Source of the DNA: a virus
DNA length: 22,838 nt
Virus record (IMG/VR): IMGVR_UViG_3300031992_000470
Reading direction: 5' to 3' (one strand)
How positions within the stretch are numbered: the stretch's first letter is position 1; each line of letters opens with the position of its first letter. This document shows positions 6,104 through 14,405 of this stretch, piece after piece. Under the pieces are notes generated by a model. That model was not told the origin of the DNA. It was given only the letters and a program-made list of their open reading frames with translations, and made no database searches. A program made the translations under genes and the position numbers.

Positions 6104-6427
6104 ATGAAAGTGAATCTCGATTTTGCAAATTTCGGCCAGGAGCGCGAGAGGATCGCGACAGAATCAGAACTCGCCATTTTTGAACATCTCAAGGAAATGG
6201 CAGAAACCGAAGACATAGAACTTGTTAGGAAGTGCGACGATTATGTGACCGCCGTCTTCAAGGGTTGGGATCTCGCCCGTTTTAAATACACGCCGAGGGC
6301 GAAGTGGGTCGCTTTCCCCTCTACGGAGCGAGGCACTACGAAGCACTACATCGAATCGCCGGAAGAGGTGCGGGAGTATGCCGACCTTCTGAAGAGGTCG
6401 CTTGAAACTATCAACAAATTCGCGTAA
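6104..6427 (+). CDS. Hypothetical acidic protein (107 aa), the only plus-strand gene
   Basis: ATG 6104 lies 8 nt after GGAGGAGG. The gene has its own promoter and terminator. No HTH or other motif recognised. Confidence 0.7.
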   Translation: MKVNLDFANFGQERERIATESELAIFEHLKEMAETEDIELVRKCDDYVTAVFKGWDLARFKYTPRAKWVAFPSTERGTTKHYIESPEEVREYADLLKRSLETINKFA

Positions 6428-6433
6428 CAATTG

Positions 6434-6457
6434 CCCGAGGGTCTCCTCGGGTTTTTT
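6434..6457 (+). terminator. Rho-independent terminator: CCCGAGG-GTCT-CCTCGGG-TTTTTT
   Basis: Perfect 7-bp GC-rich stem, 4-nt loop and a run of six T, 7 nt after the TAA stop. Confidence 0.85.
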
Positions 6458-6557
6458 CGTGCAACGAGAAGCCTCCGCCCCTCTTCAAGGCCGTTTGTGA
6501 GCCTCTATTTTGCGTTTTGGCGCGTTTTTCTGTGCGGGTCGATATATTCACCCAATT

Positions 6558-6592
6558 AAAAAAGCGGGGCGGCGGATTGCTCCGTGCGCCCC
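6558..6592 (-). terminator. Rho-independent terminator ending the late operon
   Basis: Minus strand: GGGGCG-ca-CGGA-gcaa-TCCG-c-CGCCCC, then G and TTTTTT. It lies 29 nt after the last lysis gene. Confidence 0.7.
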
Positions 6593-6620
6593 ATATAGAG
6601 AAAGGAGAAAATGAAAGGGT

Positions 6621-6854
6621 CTATTTTTCGAGGACTTTGATTCGCGCCTCATGGTCGACAATGGTCTCCTTGATGTCCGCGATCTCGTTCCCGTGGTCGG
6701 CGACCTTCCCCTTCAATTCGTTGAGGATGTCCTTCAACTGATTCACCGAGAGGGTCAACGCCGTGATGTTGTTGTTTAAATTTATGAGGGGCTTGATCAC
6801 CACCGCGATCGCAGCGATGAAGCCGAGAGCCCCGATCAAAATCTCATATGTCAT
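6621..6854 (-). CDS. BhlA/UviB-like holin-type protein (N-terminal TM helix plus coiled coil)
   Basis: 77 aa. MTYEILIGALGFIAAIAVVIKPL is a TM segment, followed by heptad-like LKDILNELKGKVADHGNEIADIKETI. It is located immediately after the endolysin. Confidence 0.5.
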   Translation of the reverse strand: MTYEILIGALGFIAAIAVVIKPLINLNNNITALTLSVNQLKDILNELKGKVADHGNEIADIKETIVDHEARIKVLEK

Positions 6855-7334
6855 TTATAGCCCCCTTAATTCGGCATACGGGTTGTTTGTCTGTCGGCCG
6901 TTCCTATCCGTATGCCAATGCACAAACTTTCTGCCCGTAGAGTCTGCTTGTGTGGGATTCTGAATGCCCAGGTGAATCCACCCGTTGTCGTATAATCCCG
7001 CTTCTCCAACGCATCCAAACAGTTTACAGATCTCCGCCCACTTCTTGGCATAGCTGATAAACTGTGCCTTGGTGAATCCCTTGCCGTTGCCGAGATTCCA
7101 GTCCATGGCCGCCCCGCGAAGGTGATTCGAATTGTAATGTCCGTGAAGCTTCGTGTTTTGAGCCTTCGACCGCCACCACGAGATCACATACATGGGGTGT
7201 TTGAGCCAGGATCTGAATTTCTGAATGCATTTGACAAATGTATATGTCACATCGTACATGTATGCGGTGCTGACGCCCTTGTAGTATTCAGCTTGGCTGA
7301 AGTTCTTTGAAAGATTTCCCGATGCTACTATCAT
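6855..7334 (-). CDS. Endolysin, peptidase M15 family (zinc D-Ala-D-Ala / L-Ala-D-Glu peptidase type)
   Basis: 159 aa with HGHYNSNHLRGAAMDW (the SxHxxGxAxD zinc motif) and a distal WIHLG His. ATGA overlap with the upstream holin. Confidence 0.75.
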   Translation of the reverse strand: MIVASGNLSKNFSQAEYYKGVSTAYMYDVTYTFVKCIQKFRSWLKHPMYVISWWRSKAQNTKLHGHYNSNHLRGAAMDWNLGNGKGFTKAQFISYAKKWAEICKLFGCVGEAGLYDNGWIHLGIQNPTQADSTGRKFVHWHTDRNGRQTNNPYAELRGL

Positions 7335-7600
7335 CCTTCGGCCTCCTCTTCTTCGTCTTCTTCATATGATGCAAGGAGATCGTCGTCCGTCGGCTTTGCC
7401 AGGTCTTCGAGGTATGTCTTGCGGGATACCCCGATGATCGCTGCCAGGAATACGCCGATCGCGGCGATGGTCGCGCCGATCTCGGTATAATACGGGAGTT
7501 CCCATATCTTGCCGACAGTTAAGATTAAGACCTCAAGGGCGGGGATGAGATTCAGAGCCACCCACTTGATCCCGTCATATGTTTCGTTTGATATTCTCAT
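7331..7600 (-). CDS. Holin (Dp-1-family-like, two TM segments, acidic C-terminus)
   Basis: 89 aa. NETYDGIKWVALNLIPALEVLILTVGKIWELPY...TIAAIGVFLAAIIGVS, then a DDDLLASYEEDEEEEAEG tail. Confidence 0.6.
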   Translation of the reverse strand: MRISNETYDGIKWVALNLIPALEVLILTVGKIWELPYYTEIGATIAAIGVFLAAIIGVSRKTYLEDLAKPTDDDLLASYEEDEEEEAEG

Positions 7601-7678
7601 TTTTTGCGCCTCCTATTATTCTGCGATGAATGTGACAATGCCGATTGCGCTTGTCCTTGTTGACATTGCTACACCTCA

Positions 7679-9418
7679 TTAAAAACAAATATAATTTACT
7701 CGCATTACACTAACGGCCGTCCCGACGTATACCGTTATGGTCGTGCCATTGATGCTCGCTCTTAACGGCGGGTTGCCCGCGTCCTGTGTACCGCAGATAA
7801 TAAACGATTTGCCCGATATATTCGCGTCTGTGAAACTAAACGACGTTGCGGCAGTTCCGTTATATACATACGTTCCCGTTATTAGGGCGGTACTGCTCAT
7901 TGCCCCGATGTTCGCGGGGGTAGCCCAATGCAAGATACCCTCTTTTAACCTCGCGGGGGTTATAAGCCGTGCCGTGGTGCTTGTTCCCGCTTGCATTTCG
8001 GCTTGCGTCATGGATGAATAGGTCGAGTTGATCCATCCTACAATCTGCCAATACGAACCGTCGTACATAAGCGCGACAATGCCGCCCGCGTTCCACGAAC
8101 TCGCCGTGCTTGTTCCCGCCGCGGTTGCGCCATACCGTTTTATGGCCTTTGCGCCCGTCCCGTTAACGTTTAGGGTTGGATTTGTTGCCGTGTTGTAATG
8201 GCTGAACTTAACGTATATCAGTACGCCCGCCTCAAGCGTCCCAAGGTCGGGGGATACGTTCACGGTTTTGGCGACAGTTCCGGCTGTGTTGGCGCACTCG
8301 CCATAGCGAACAAGGGACGAACCCCCGCCCCCTGTCTGCCCTGTCGTTTCTCCCTCAACGCCCAACGCCTCGCCAAGTGTGGCGACAAGGTTGCCGAGTT
8401 CCATTTCGTCGAAACGTTCGGCAAGAACGTTATAAACAGTACGGACGATCTTGAAATATCCGCTTGTACCGTAGTCGGGAAATATGACTTCGATCTCGTC
8501 GCACAACTTGCAGTTTAACAGGGGCGCAATGTCTGCATACTCTGCAAAGTCGCTCAAGCGCACAAAATCAACTTTGATGTTCTGCGACGGCATATTAGCG
8601 CGCTTGCTGATCATTGTACTTTCCGCGAGTGCCTCCAACTGTGCCGTGGTCGGTTCGTTTTCGTATTTATCGCTAAAGTCAAGGGGGACGCACTTTTCTA
8701 TGCCGTTATACGGCAAAAGTCCCGAATAAACGGGGTTGCCCTTTACGACCGTTTCCCCGCCGTTTCCGTCGTCGCCTTTCCAATATGGTATTGCCACGGT
8801 GTATGTGTCGGCATAGTCCACGGACTCGTTGTAGTCGATCATATTAACGCCGTATCTAACGGAAAAATCGAGTATTTGGCCGCGTTTCTTGTGGAGTATG
8901 ACGCGAAACCCATTAAACTCATATTCCCCGCCGTAGGCGTCTAAAATCGACCCTCTAACGCCTCCCAATAACTGACGTACCGAACGGGGCACACCGTCGA
9001 ACGCGGCGGCGTATGCGCCCGCTACAAAATCGGCCTCAAAACTAAAAGGCGTTGCGGGTGTCGTATGGGTCAAAGCGTCCAAAGCGTCGGCTAACGTGTT
9101 AACGTCCGTTTGCTCGCATACCGCGCCCGTTAGGCGGTAGGATATATGTACGCAATGAAACGAAACGACGCCGTTTATGGGTTTTTCATAACTCACGATG
9201 TCGAACGGTTGTATGTCCTCGGTGTCGTCGTGAAAAACGCCCACGATCCGGCCGCACTTAATTGCGTCAAAGTTTGCGCCTGTGGTCGGATATGTAAAAT
9301 CAAGTTCGTAAATGCCGTTTCGTTCCTCCACCACCTCGGCGGTTATAGTGTCATATAGGCGGCATATTCCGTTAGTATTAAAGTTTGTTTCTCCTGTTTC
9401 AAATAAAATAGGTATCAT
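7679..9418 (-). CDS. Tail-associated protein Tal (prophage tail endopeptidase-like N-terminus) with a C-terminal receptor-binding-like domain
   Basis: Start at ATG 9418-9416, an ATGA overlap with Dit. MIPILFETGETNFNTNGICRLYD...ELDFTYP is the typical Tal N-terminus. The C-terminus carries a Gly linker (GGGGSS) and a fibre-like motif MTQAEMQAGTSTTARLITPARLKEGI. Confidence 0.7.
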   Translation of the reverse strand: MIPILFETGETNFNTNGICRLYDTITAEVVEERNGIYELDFTYPTTGANFDAIKCGRIVGVFHDDTEDIQPFDIVSYEKPINGVVSFHCVHISYRLTGAVCEQTDVNTLADALDALTHTTPATPFSFEADFVAGAYAAAFDGVPRSVRQLLGGVRGSILDAYGGEYEFNGFRVILHKKRGQILDFSVRYGVNMIDYNESVDYADTYTVAIPYWKGDDGNGGETVVKGNPVYSGLLPYNGIEKCVPLDFSDKYENEPTTAQLEALAESTMISKRANMPSQNIKVDFVRLSDFAEYADIAPLLNCKLCDEIEVIFPDYGTSGYFKIVRTVYNVLAERFDEMELGNLVATLGEALGVEGETTGQTGGGGSSLVRYGECANTAGTVAKTVNVSPDLGTLEAGVLIYVKFSHYNTATNPTLNVNGTGAKAIKRYGATAAGTSTASSWNAGGIVALMYDGSYWQIVGWINSTYSSMTQAEMQAGTSTTARLITPARLKEGILHWATPANIGAMSSTALITGTYVYNGTAATSFSFTDANISGKSFIICGTQDAGNPPLRASINGTTITVYVGTAVSVMRVNYICF

Positions 9419-10665
9419 ACAAACCACCACCTTGGAACTACTTTTAATTGCGTTATCGTGTTATCAAAAGTTATGGTGTTGTTTCCGCTTTTCAGTTCCG
9501 GCAGTTTGCCCCCCATTGATACAAGGCGGTTAAGTGAAACGGGGTTGCCCCCGTCCAACTTGTACGCCTCGCCTATTTCGCAGTTAATATACGTTGGAGT
9601 GCCAAGGGCTGACGTCGTACTGTCCGCGTCTACTTCCTCAAGAAAAGACATTTTAGATTTGGCCAAAACGCACGACGGCCACGTAGTATTTGCAAGTGAG
9701 ATAGTAAACGTGCGCGCGCTTGCGTTATACGCCACGGTGGGCGTTAGGGTCAAAAACTCACTCTGTTCCGTGCCCCCGTTAACGCGAAAATAAAACTCAA
9801 GCGAGAACGCGTCCGTTTTGGTCGCGCTCGTTCCCGCCGTAAAGTCCATTTCTTTAAGGCTGAAGCGCAAAGTGGCCTTTTTGGTGTTTACGGATTTTGT
9901 CATAACCGCAAACGTGCCCCCGCTTACGCGGTCAATATCTATACTTGTTATATTCGACGCAAACGTAAGGTTTAAATATATGTCGCTCCCCTGTAATACG
10001 GTTAAGACGTCCCCGTTGTTAACAAGGTTTGACGAATACGCGGGGGTCGTGTAAGAGGGGTTTGCCCCTCCCCTGTCGGTAAGTTTCACGACGCCCAACG
10101 CCTCATTGGCAAGGGATATATTATACCCGTTAAAACCTATATTCCCGTACCCCCAAACCCTCAACGAGGGATTTGACGGGAACGGCGACGGGTTGGTAAG
10201 TGTTCCCCCGTTTGTTACGTTCTGCGGTAAGCTGCCCGCGACCGTGAACCGTTGGGGCTTGCACTCAAAAGTTATATTGAACTTGCCCGCACGCCCCATA
10301 AGTTCGGGGGATACCTCAAGCCCGCTTTTGTATACCGCGAGGCGGTATTCGTCGGGGTTATAATCGTCGGTCAACTGCTGATAACCTATCTGCGAGCATA
10401 AGGCGTTGCGAAATGCCGCGATCCCCTCCGCAAAATCCGTTTGGGCGTCGCCAAACATTCCCGCAGTATATTCCACGATAATATTATTAAACCGCCCGTT
10501 ATCGCGCGCAAAAGACCCGTTGCGCCCTGGTATGTCGATCATTTCGACATCGCGCTCGGGCGCATTGTATACGGCTTCGCCCGTGATATACACGCCAAAA
10601 TCTTTTGAATTAAACCCGTTGAACGTTAGCCCCTTATATATGTCACCCGTCACGTTTACGCCCAT
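9415..10665 (-). CDS. Distal tail protein Dit (siphovirus tail component) with an internal extension
   Basis: 416 aa. N-terminus LTFNGFNSKDFGVYI...IDIPGRNGSF and C-terminus NCEIGEAYK...LKSGNNTITF...VVPRWWFV are Dit-like. About 150 extra residues lie in the middle. Confidence 0.7.
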   Translation of the reverse strand: MGVNVTGDIYKGLTFNGFNSKDFGVYITGEAVYNAPERDVEMIDIPGRNGSFARDNGRFNNIIVEYTAGMFGDAQTDFAEGIAAFRNALCSQIGYQQLTDDYNPDEYRLAVYKSGLEVSPELMGRAGKFNITFECKPQRFTVAGSLPQNVTNGGTLTNPSPFPSNPSLRVWGYGNIGFNGYNISLANEALGVVKLTDRGGANPSYTTPAYSSNLVNNGDVLTVLQGSDIYLNLTFASNITSIDIDRVSGGTFAVMTKSVNTKKATLRFSLKEMDFTAGTSATKTDAFSLEFYFRVNGGTEQSEFLTLTPTVAYNASARTFTISLANTTWPSCVLAKSKMSFLEEVDADSTTSALGTPTYINCEIGEAYKLDGGNPVSLNRLVSMGGKLPELKSGNNTITFDNTITQLKVVPRWWFV

Positions 10666-12404
10666 GCCTGTCTCCTCCTGTTCGATAGTGTTATTATTTT
10701 CTCTTGCACTTTCATGGCCAATTCGTCAACGCTCATATTGTCTGATCCGTAGACATTGACCACCATGCCGGTGGTGTTAAATCGTTTGTCCATCTCCTCC
10801 CATAGTTTCGCCAGGGGAAGGACGGCTTCAGCACCCGCTTCGCCGACACCCACCCCGCCGAATATCGTCGGGGAGCGGAAGATTCCGCCTTTCGCGTACC
10901 AATCAACATTGATCTTTGGCACGGATGGCGGGATGAGGGAGAGGTCTCCCGTGATCGAGAAGTGCGGGAGTTTGATGAAATTCTTGATCTTTTGAATGAT
11001 GGCCCTCACCCTATCGGGAATTGACTTGATGAAGTCTATCGCTTTCGTAAAACTTGCCAACATGATGGCCATTCGTTCCTTGATGAACTCTATGACCGCT
11101 CCCACTACTTCCTTGACCTTGGTGAACGCGGCGTTCACGATATTGCGGAATTTTTCGCTATGCTCATACGCGTACATGAACGCGGTGACCAATGCGCCCA
11201 CGGCTGCGATGACGAGCCCGATCGGGCCAAGGGCGGCCGTGAATGCCGGAGGAAGCATCGCAAGAAGTCCTAAAACTGTGCTGATGATACTTGCCACGGG
11301 TGAGATCGCTGCGACGAGTCCCGCGATGACCAGGATGAACGCCTGGGTCGGGCCTTGTAAATTGCCAAACCATTCAAATAGTTTAGCGAGGAAGCCCACG
11401 ACCTTCTCAAGTACGGGGACGAGGGTCTGTGCGAGTGATGCCCCCGCTTTTAATAAGTCGCCCGTGAGGGTCGCCTTTAATCTGTCCATCGCATCGTTGA
11501 ACTCGTTGGCAGATGCCACTCCATCCTCTGAAAGTATGAGCCCGGCATCCTCGGCCTCTTTCCCGTATGCTTTGAGGGATGCACCTCCGTCATCGATGAT
11601 TCCCGCGAGTTCAGCCGCCGAACGACCGAATAGCTCTTGTGCGAGGATGTCTCTCTGCGTCTCGTTTTGTACATTCCCGAGTGCGGCGAGGACATCATAC
11701 CACACCGCCGTCGAGTCTCTCATTTCGCCGTTTGCGTCGGTAATGCTGACGCCCAAAGCCTGGAATGCAGAATTATTCGCGCCCATTTGCTTGGTCATCT
11801 TCTGCATTGACCCGAGCATTGTCCGCGTGTCCACATCTACGAGGTTTTGAGCATAGTTGAACTTTTGAATCTCGTCGGTGGTGACGCCGTACTGTTTCGC
11901 CAAGGTCGCGATCTCGTCCGCTTGTTTCGCCGAGTTTATTGTGTTGGCAAGTAATGCCCCGCCAAGTGCTCCCGCAGCCATCGAGAGCCCCCTGGTCTTT
12001 TTGGCGATGTCGTCGAACTGATTCGAGAGACCCTTGAGGGATGCGTTCCCGACCTCCTTCAGTTGAGCATTGAAGGTCTTCAGTTTGCTCTCTGTCTCGA
12101 TGATCTCTCTCTGTAATTCCCTATATTCCGCCGAGTTCTTATCGACCCCCGACGCGTCCATGTTATTCTGTGCTTGTTTCAGAACATCGAGGCGTTTTGC
12201 GGTCTCGTTGACCTTTTCGTTCAGAAGGGTCTGCTTCTGTCGCCACAATTCGACCGATGTGGGGTTAAACTTCAAATCCTTGTTGACTTGCTTCAGTTCC
12301 CCGTCGATGTCCTTGGTCTTCTTGTCGATGTCCTTGAGGGCGTCGTTGAGCTTCGTCGTCTTGGCGTCAAATTCAATTGTTATTCCTTTAATGTTTCCCG
12401 CCAT
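10656..12404 (-). CDS. Tail tape measure protein
   Basis: 582 aa. Coiled-coil N-terminal half and a hydrophobic Ala/Gly/Leu-rich segment. Positioned between the G/GT chaperone and Dit. Confidence 0.85.
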   Translation of the reverse strand: MAGNIKGITIEFDAKTTKLNDALKDIDKKTKDIDGELKQVNKDLKFNPTSVELWRQKQTLLNEKVNETAKRLDVLKQAQNNMDASGVDKNSAEYRELQREIIETESKLKTFNAQLKEVGNASLKGLSNQFDDIAKKTRGLSMAAGALGGALLANTINSAKQADEIATLAKQYGVTTDEIQKFNYAQNLVDVDTRTMLGSMQKMTKQMGANNSAFQALGVSITDANGEMRDSTAVWYDVLAALGNVQNETQRDILAQELFGRSAAELAGIIDDGGASLKAYGKEAEDAGLILSEDGVASANEFNDAMDRLKATLTGDLLKAGASLAQTLVPVLEKVVGFLAKLFEWFGNLQGPTQAFILVIAGLVAAISPVASIISTVLGLLAMLPPAFTAALGPIGLVIAAVGALVTAFMYAYEHSEKFRNIVNAAFTKVKEVVGAVIEFIKERMAIMLASFTKAIDFIKSIPDRVRAIIQKIKNFIKLPHFSITGDLSLIPPSVPKINVDWYAKGGIFRSPTIFGGVGVGEAGAEAVLPLAKLWEEMDKRFNTTGMVVNVYGSDNMSVDELAMKVQEKIITLSNRRRQAWA

Positions 12405-12419
12405 GGTTTTCCTCTTCAG

Positions 12420-13081
12420 TTATCCAAAAAACGCATTGATGTCCTTCTGCGTTGCTCTTCGTTTCTGCGTTCCCTTCTGCGATTTCTCCCCTTGTTTCTG
12501 TCGGTTGTTGTACGCGATGCAAAAGTCTACTATCTGACCTATTTGCATCGATTTCACATCGGTCATCGTCAGACCTCGCTCGAGTCCGGCGAGGATGATG
12601 GTGTCGGTGTCGATGGGGTCGTTGTCGGCTGAAGGCGTCCCATGATTGTCTTCAGCCTCTCGAAGTTTTTTGAGGAGATCAGACCCTTCGCTATTAAACC
12701 GAAGACCGCCGGAACGATCTCATCCAGGGGGAAGATCTCGAACTCCTTCACCCACTCCTTCGGCTCGGGGATGTTCTCATCGGCGCATTTGGCCAATGAC
12801 CACACGATGTTGATAAAATCCGCGAACTCGAGTCCACTCAAGTGAATTACGGCGTCGGTGAACTTGTCCCCGTCCAATACAGAGAGGATGTCCTGGGGAC
12901 GGATGTTCTTGGTCTTTCCCGTCTCCTCTATGATCCCCGAGACGATGTCGAGCGCACTCGCGATCATCGGCATCAATGCGGGGATGATGTCTCTCCCGAA
13001 TTGGTCTCTATAGGCTAATGCCCACCCGATGTTGTTGTTAAGTTTGACGGCCTTGTCGCCGATGTTGATGGTTTTCTCCAT
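12420..13081 (-). CDS. Tail assembly chaperone GT fusion product, made by a -1 programmed frameshift at 12671-12665 (about 220 aa)
   Basis: The -1 frame is open from 12719 to the TAA at 12422-12420. It encodes ...KKLREAEDNHGTPSADNDPIDTDTIILAGLERGLTMTDVKSMQIGQIVDFCIAYNNRQKQ..., a gpT-like segment. Confidence 0.7.
12569..13081 (-). CDS. Tail assembly chaperone (gpG-like)
   Basis: 170-aa ORF between the major tail protein and the tape measure. It contains an in-frame slippery heptamer. Confidence 0.75.
   Translation of the reverse strand: MEKTINIGDKAVKLNNNIGWALAYRDQFGRDIIPALMPMIASALDIVSGIIEETGKTKNIRPQDILSVLDGDKFTDAVIHLSGLEFADFINIVWSLAKCADENIPEPKEWVKEFEIFPLDEIVPAVFGLIAKGLISSKNFERLKTIMGRLQPTTTPSTPTPSSSPDSSEV
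12665..12671 (-). promoter_or_regulatory. -1 frameshift slippery heptamer A_AAA_AAC
   Basis: The minus strand reads TCA AAA AAC in the zero (G) frame. The X_XXY_YYZ phase was verified from coordinates. Confidence 0.7.
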
Positions 13082-13098
13082 TTCTTTCCTCCTAATAG

Positions 13099-13123
13099 AA
13101 AAGGGGCGAGGTCTCCCCCGCCC
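13099..13123 (-). terminator. Attenuator or terminator-like hairpin after the major tail gene
   Basis: Minus strand: GGGCG-GGGGAGACCT-CGCCC, then C and TTTT. The stem is imperfect. Confidence 0.4.
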
Positions 13124-13138
13124 TTCCTTCCGTAACTT

Positions 13139-13696
13139 TTAGGGAGCGAGCACCGGGGCGGTGGGTGCGGTGAACAATGTGGCATATCCATCATCGCCCT
13201 CCTTGAAGACCGCCATGGTTACGCCCGAGGCATTATCCCCGACACATGTCACGGGAAGAGTCTCGGTCGTCGGCTCTTTTGATTCCTCGATGGTGTTGTA
13301 CTCTCTTGTGATTCCGCCAAGGGAACAATTGTAGAGTGCAACTCTGCGGCTCTCGTCATCGCCTTCGACCTGGAAGAAGATCGCGACGGACGGCTTTGTG
13401 GGGTTCTTGACATTGGCAAGTCCGCCGTTTGTCAGAGCCTTGTATCCCAGGAATTGGGTCTTAAAGTCATCGTCGAACATGGCGACCTCGAGATCTCCCT
13501 CAAGTGTTCCGCCGGAATATCCGCTCCAATACACGATGTTGTCGGCATAGAAGTTGTTCTGCTCACTCTGCTCTTCGGGGCTGAATGAAACCGCCCCCTT
13601 CTGATGGTAGGGTGTGCCGAGTGTTACTGTGCCATTGCTTTCCGTGTATGTGCAAACATGGAGCTGCGATATACCAAATTCTACCTTGTTAGCCAT
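13139..13696 (-). CDS. Major tail protein (phi13/TP901-like family)
   Basis: 185 aa. MANKVEFGISQLHV...YADNIVYW... Position and size fit. GGAGGA lies 6 nt upstream. Confidence 0.75.
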   Translation of the reverse strand: MANKVEFGISQLHVCTYTESNGTVTLGTPYHQKGAVSFSPEEQSEQNNFYADNIVYWSGYSGGTLEGDLEVAMFDDDFKTQFLGYKALTNGGLANVKNPTKPSVAIFFQVEGDDESRRVALYNCSLGGITREYNTIEESKEPTTETLPVTCVGDNASGVTMAVFKEGDDGYATLFTAPTAPVLAP

Positions 13697-13710
13697 TTAA
13701 ATCCTCCATG

Positions 13711-14022
13711 CTAAATTTGATAATAAATTACGAAGACGCCCTCGCTTTCGATGTAGACATCTTCGCTTTTTTCGTAGAGGAAGCCGTTCGCAAGAAGCGC
13801 GTTCTCGATCTCGGCCTCCGTCTCTTCGTTCTTGTCTTTGAAGTAATATTCTACCTGGTATCGATTCTCCCGATAGTAGTGCGTATTGTCCGCCTGGAAT
13901 GTGTCTTGCCCCGCTCCTAAATACACCAAATAAGGCGGTGCTTTCGGTGCGATGCCGTCATCCCGGAAATGCGAATATGCACACGGGAGGCCGATGGTCT
14001 GCAATGTCTCGAATATTGTCAT
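13711..14022 (-). CDS. Tail terminator / tail completion protein (putative)
   Basis: Start at ATG 14022-14020, an ATGA overlap. 103 aa. The call rests on synteny: last neck gene before the major tail protein. Confidence 0.5.
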   Translation of the reverse strand: MTIFETLQTIGLPCAYSHFRDDGIAPKAPPYLVYLGAGQDTFQADNTHYYRENRYQVEYYFKDKNEETEAEIENALLANGFLYEKSEDVYIESEGVFVIYYQI

Positions 14023-14405
14023 TTGTTGCTCAACTCCTTCTCGATTTCTTGGGGGAGTTCGGTCTGCGACCACTCCTCGACGGGCTTGATGTGGGGGATC
14101 GCCGGGGCGCGTCCGTATGTGCCGTACTTGTTGCGGACGATGTGCCCGTATTCAAGTAAATGGGTTAATTGGTAATTGGTCGCGTTGTGGACGATCACCG
14201 AATTAATGCCAAGAGCACCCTTCTCGCGTTTCACGCGCCACCCCCTCGCATATTGACCCTTGCCGGGTCTTTTGGGCGAGGTGGTGCGCAACTTCTGAAC
14301 GGCTTCCTTTGCCACGATGTCCATCGAGTTATTGATTGCCCGATAGGCTTCCTTTTTGTACTCGGCAAGGATATCCTCCATTTGTTTTGTGATGCTTTCA
14401 GCCAT
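14019..14405 (-). CDS. HK97 gp10-family neck/tail-attachment protein
   Basis: Start at ATG 14405-14403. 128 aa with ...SPKRPGKGQYARGWRVK...VHNATNYQLTHLLEYGH, a gp10-like pattern. Confidence 0.65.
   Translation of the reverse strand: MAESITKQMEDILAEYKKEAYRAINNSMDIVAKEAVQKLRTTSPKRPGKGQYARGWRVKREKGALGINSVIVHNATNYQLTHLLEYGHIVRNKYGTYGRAPAIPHIKPVEEWSQTELPQEIEKELSNK

Noticed and set aside
6458-6557. attP or cos site in the spacer between the convergent terminators
   Set aside because: I could see no integrase and no conspicuous repeats or palindromes here. It is kept only as context in the lifestyle finding.
7601-7678. 16-aa micro-ORF (MSTRTSAIGIVTFIAE) with GAGGTG upstream, between Tal and the holin
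   Set aside because: It is too short to support from sequence alone and has no recognisable motif. It may be chance.
7679-8350. Diversity-generating retroelement or retron targeting the Tal C-terminal domain
   Set aside because: No reverse transcriptase ORF and no template-repeat copy of the C-terminal region are visible anywhere in the genome.
10996-11850. 284-aa plus-strand ORF antisense to the tape measure gene
   Set aside because: It is a shadow ORF of the Ala/Gly/Leu-rich tape-measure region, with no Shine-Dalgarno, no motif and complete overlap with a confident gene. The same reasoning applies to the other plus-strand ORFs in the track, except 6104-6427.
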